From: Pecten maximus
Taxonomy: Eukaryota
Assembly (NCBI RefSeq): GCF_902652985.1
Contig: NC_047015.1
Coordinates: 29,946,001-30,010,000 of the forward strand
Length of the DNA: 64,000 nucleotides
Direction: 5' to 3'
Part shown: piece by piece, positions 59,740 to 64,000 of the stretch
How positions within the stretch are numbered: position 1 is the stretch's first letter
How the letters are laid out: each line of letters begins with the position of its first letter
Notes under the pieces: model-generated
The model's database searches: none
Told to the model about the DNA's origin: nothing
What the model saw: the letters and a program-made list of their open reading frames with translations, nothing else
Program-made: the position numbers and the translations under genes

Positions 59740-60330
59740 ACCAAGGTCATTGCCAAAAATAAAATTTGTTTTGGCCTAAGGACCAAAATGGTATTAAACT
59801 TTGACCCTGTGGCCTTGATCTTTGGTCAGTTAACATCTTGTTTAAACCAAACCACAGAAAATTGACCTTAATCTTTAACCTTTGAAGCCAGTTGACTCAG
59901 TAAAGTTGACCTTTAACCTCGAAAAAGTCAGGTGACTTATTGTTAATCTCTATTTTTGATTCATGTCATAATTAAACTATGTATATTTGACCTTGACCTT
60001 GACATTTGACACAGTGAACCTGGCCTATGGTGAGCTGACTGCGTATTTAATTCAAACCAACATTCTTCATAATGTCATAGCAAAATATTCATTAGTAAAA
60101 AAAATACTATGTGTGACCTCGATCTTGACCTTGACCTTTGGCACAGTGGCCATGGCATGCGATCAGTTGACTCTATGTTTAATCCCGATCAACTTGACTT
60201 CATACTGTCATAGCAAAATGTTCACAAGTGAAAAAATACTAAATTTGACCCTGACCCTGGCCTTTGACCTTGACTTTTTACCCTATTGGACTCCGCCGTT
60301 CAGGGCCCCTTGACCAGGTGAGTTAAACAT
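59740..60330. repeat. Interspersed element rich in TGACCTT(T)GACC motifs (probable non-autonomous Helentron/MITE-type repeat)
   Basis: Repeated ttgaccttgacc/ttgaccctg motifs, ending in 'ccaggtgagttaaa'. Family assignment is inference. Confidence 0.45.
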
Positions 60331-60469
60331 AGAATCATCTTAACAATATGTTAATCAAACATTTTCAGAAAGTTCCATCCTGGGAAGTTAAGTAAAGATT
60401 CCACTACATCTTAATTATCTGTTCTGAACAGAGCAAATCGAAATCGGCAAAAGGTAATCATTTGATACA

Positions 60470-60828
60470 TGTACAATCTCGGAAATAAACACAGCAGAGT
60501 CATACGCTAATTAATGGTACAGTCTCGGAAGTGAACACGGATAAGTCATACGCTAATTAATGGTACAGTCTTGGAAGTGAACCGGGAGGAGTCATACACT
60601 AATTAATGGTACAGTCTTGGAAGTGACACGGAGGAGTCATACACTAATTAATGGTACAGTCTCGGAAGTGAACACGGAGGAGTCATACGCTAATTAATGA
60701 TACAGTCTCGGAAGTGAACACGGAGGAGTCATACACTAATTAATGATACAGTCTCGGAAGTGAACACAGAGGAGTCATACACTAATTAATGATACAGTCT
60801 CGGAAGTGATCACGGAGGAGTCATACAG
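60470..60828. repeat. 46-bp minisatellite (~7.5 copies)
   Basis: Unit gagtcatacactaattaatggtacagtctcggaagtgaacacggag. Confidence 0.92.
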
Positions 60829-60899
60829 TATCGTTTGAGTTTTTAGTTTGTGTGTAATCGTAAATATTCCCTTTTTAACTTGTGAACAAACAAAAAAAG

Positions 60900-62233
60900 A
60901 AATCAAAAGGTAGTACAATTTGTAATACCAGAAACATATATATAACATATAGAGAATGAGACATCATAACATCAATGATTGGTTTAGTAATTATTTCTTA
61001 ATCTAGTAGCTTCATGTATATATTTTCCTAGAGAACACAGTTCCTTTACATTTTCTACTCTGAATAGCTGAATTAATTTAAAAACAGATGGGTTATTCCA
61101 GTAATAACGTTTGATGCACTTTTTCCTTAAATTTCTATAACTACATGTATTACATTCAAGAATAAAATGATATTCGTCTTCAATTTGTCTAGTATTACAC
61201 ATATTACAAAATCGTCTTAATCTTGGAGCTTCAATGCCTAAACAATGCGCAGATAGACGTATCTTAGTAAGACAAATTCTATTTTTTTAGGAATATATTT
61301 GGTAAGATAAAATGGTAGTGTGACAGTGTCCACAAGATGTTTATATATATGATATTTTTAGGATGACTCCAATAGATGATGAAGGTGTTGCTGAGCTTGG
61401 TCAAAAATTATCTACTTAATAACTGGCAAAATATCGTCTATATAGCTTAAATACATTTGCTGGTTTTCCCACACATATCCAAAACCAAGCGAAAAAAGTT
61501 CATTTTTAACAAAAGTTACCCAATTGAAACAATTTCTTGTATTACAATTTCTTAAAAATCCATATGCTAGATTTAAAATACAATTTCGTGTAGAAATTAA
61601 CTTAAACCAGTACTTAATTATCCTTAGTTTCCTGTAATATTGAAGTGGAAAACGACCTAGTTCACAATATACCATCGCATTTGAAGTTGATTTTTTTTTA
61701 CATAAGTATTCTTTTGCAAAAATGTGTGTGGACCTTTTCAATGTCAGTTGCCTTTGACGATCCCCATATCTCGCAACTATAGCTTAAGATACTTCCAACA
61801 TATGTATCGAAAAGGTGAAGCATAGTTTCTACATGTATATTTAATTTCATGTCATTGCAAACATTGCTTTCCGACCCTGATTTGATAGCTGTATTATAAT
61901 ACTGTTGAATTTATTATTAAATTTCAGATTTATTCCTAAATATGTGAATTCATTTACACAAGCAAGGTCACTTCCCTGATATGTCCATTTCTCATTGCAA
62001 TGAACTATACCACCTTTTCGAAAAACAACGACATTTTTTTTTTTCAATATTTACAGTAAGTTTCCATTGGTTTGAATACCTTTCTAAGTTATCTACTAGA
62101 TCTTGCAAACCCTTGACAGTCACCGAAAATAGCACCATATCGTCAGCGTAAAGCATGAGAAATAAACTAAGGTCTTGAAAATTGTATTGTGAATTACAAT
62201 GCGATATAAAGAAAGATTCAAAATCATTAACTC
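60900..62233 (-). mobile_element. Decayed 5'-truncated non-LTR retrotransposon (RTEX-like)
   Basis: Minus-strand remnants LMLYADDMVLFS..KLTVNIEK, FTYLGI, MVYCELGRFPL..RIIKYW and C..CN..IEDEYHFILEC; frameshifted. Confidence 0.85.
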
Positions 62234-62389
62234 AAACTGTCGAATTGTAATAAGTTACATGTATATCGTGGCTCTTATACATTTACATTTACAGGTGTAT
62301 ATGTACGTGAAGTCGACACACTCGATACACTGATACCATATTTTCTGTTCAATATGTCACCTCTGAATATTACGAGAGAATGTTCAAAC

Positions 62390-62630
62390 TTAGTAAGGAC
62401 CAATCTATATGATAAGTAACGACCGATATATAACTAGTAAGGACCAATCTATAAGATAAGTAACGACCGATATATAACTAGTAAGGACCAATCTATATGA
62501 TAAGTACATTGTAATGACCGATATATAACTAGTAAGGACCGATATATAATTATTTAGGACCAATATATGATAAGTAATGACCGATATATAACTAGTAAGG
62601 AGCGATATATAATTAGTAAGGACCAATGCA
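62390..62630. repeat. Degenerate ~22/44-bp tandem repeat
   Basis: Alternating agtaaggaccaatctatatgata and agtaacgaccgatatataact. Confidence 0.75.
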
Positions 62631-63267
62631 TAATTGATTCGGACTGTTGGTATTTAGAAAGAATAGTAGAAGGTTTTGATGGTTTGTCTGTTTTGTATGG
62701 AAGGGTATTAGGCTCACATGTAGGATCTTTATCGAGAAATCGAAGCTATTCTCTATCGATATCCGTACAGTACTTGTCAGTGGCGTAGAGAGAGGGGGGG
62801 GGTCAATATTTTTTTTTAACCTTAAATTTTACGCACTATACAAGTCGTATTTCCGCAAAGTTAGGCAATAATTATCATTTCAACATGCCCATGATAATTT
62901 ATGTAGTACAAAATAAGTTATTTACGCAAATCAGGAAATATTATTTATAGTAAAACATGAATCACCAGGCGCGGATCCAGGATTTTCGAAAGGGGTGTGG
63001 GTTCAGTAATTTAGTGATAATGCGAGCGCCGCGAGCCGATTCCCCCCCCCCCCCCCCCCCCCCCCCCCCCATGTTTAAGGCTATAAAAAAAAATTTCCTC
63101 CTCCGAAAAAGGGAAAATTTACCTAGAACAGGTATTCACTTTATAAACTTATTATTTTTCCTTAATAATTGACAGGTTTCTAACTTTTCAAATCTGATAA
63201 AATGTGTATCTAAAGCGAACCCTACATGTTTCCCTTGACAATGCCTCACTTTTGGTCTTCATTTGAG

Positions 63268-63646
63268 CGTTCGTCCCTGTGAGGAAGGCTTTGGGTTCTG
63301 TCCACTGGCCGAGACATACCAGAGTCATTAAAAATGGTAGTTGCTACTCCTACTTAGCGCTCAGCATATTAGGAGTGGGACGACTGGTTCGCCAGTTGTC
63401 AGTATAATGTGACCGGGTGGGGTGTCCTGCTGGGTGTCTTCGGCAGTATGCTTCAGTGAGGTAGCACTATAAATCGGCAAAAGTTCCGGCCTATCACAAG
63501 GAGATTTAACACGAACATACCGCAGCCTTCCAAAACACACATACGCACTCACCACACGCATGCATGTCGCACACACGGGAGACCGTCCTTAAATTACCTT
63601 AGTTGTTAATAGGACGTTAAACAAAATAAACCAAACCAAACCAAAC
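63268..63646 (+). mobile_element. SINE-like element with a different body but the same 3' tail as the 18-kb SINE
   Basis: Ends gtccttaaattaccttagttgttaataggacgttaaacaaaataaa(ccaaa)n; compare gtccttagatgaccctggctgttaataggacgttaaacaaaa. The 5' boundary is approximate. Confidence 0.7.
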
Positions 63647-64000
63647 ATGCTGCTAATTTGTCGACAACAGATGCCAGTGCCGTTTCATGTTATACGGTGT
63701 TTTCCACTCGTACCTGTCGGTAATTAGTATTTACTCTATTCACGTTAAAACCGTACATTCTTATCCGTGTTGTGTTTCTGTCTTGTTCTCATTATGGAAT
63801 CAATCAACTTCACAAATTATCATCAACTTATCGAATCTATGTGGTGAAGTTAAGCAAAATTTCGTATTAAGATATAGATATTGACTTACCAGACTAGGCG
63901 ATGCCTGACTTTCACTTTTTCCTGGCATTAAAAAAAACTGTACTCGGGGCAGTCTTATATTGATGGTCGAAAACTTGTTTATCTGTACGTGTTGTTCGGA

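Overview
AT-rich, intron-containing eukaryotic DNA from a marine invertebrate; the repeat landscape suggests a bivalve mollusc (inference). Hand splicing recovers four protein-coding genes. (1-2) Two tandem + strand indoleamine 2,3-dioxygenase (IDO)-family genes with matching exon phases. Gene A (631-9989, exons 3-14; exons 1-2 lie upstream of the window) is intact and keeps the proximal heme His, but has lost three tryptophan-binding elements (R231->Q, GGSA->PCSA, GTGG loop deleted). Gene B (21562-39960, 14 coding exons, 398 aa) is canonical. (3) A single-coding-exon beta-1,3-galactosyltransferase (GT31) on the - strand. (4) A two-exon rhodopsin-class GPCR. The most unusual structure is that several minisatellites are built from, or abut, splice sites. 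A 54-bp array repeats the exon-11 end plus donor of gene A. A 28-bp array of about 55 copies repeats the heme-His codon plus donor of gene B exon 12. That second array is split by a 7.8-kb CACTA-ended transposon (36-bp perfect TIRs, TA duplication), which carries inverted 45-bp satellite arrays and a nested pogo remnant. Also present: nested CR1-type LINEs flanked by a 285-bp direct repeat, a mariner deletion derivative, Tx1/L1- and RTEX-like fragments, tRNA-derived SINEs and many other tandem repeats. The long 798/661-aa ORFs at 50-52 kb are satellite artefacts.
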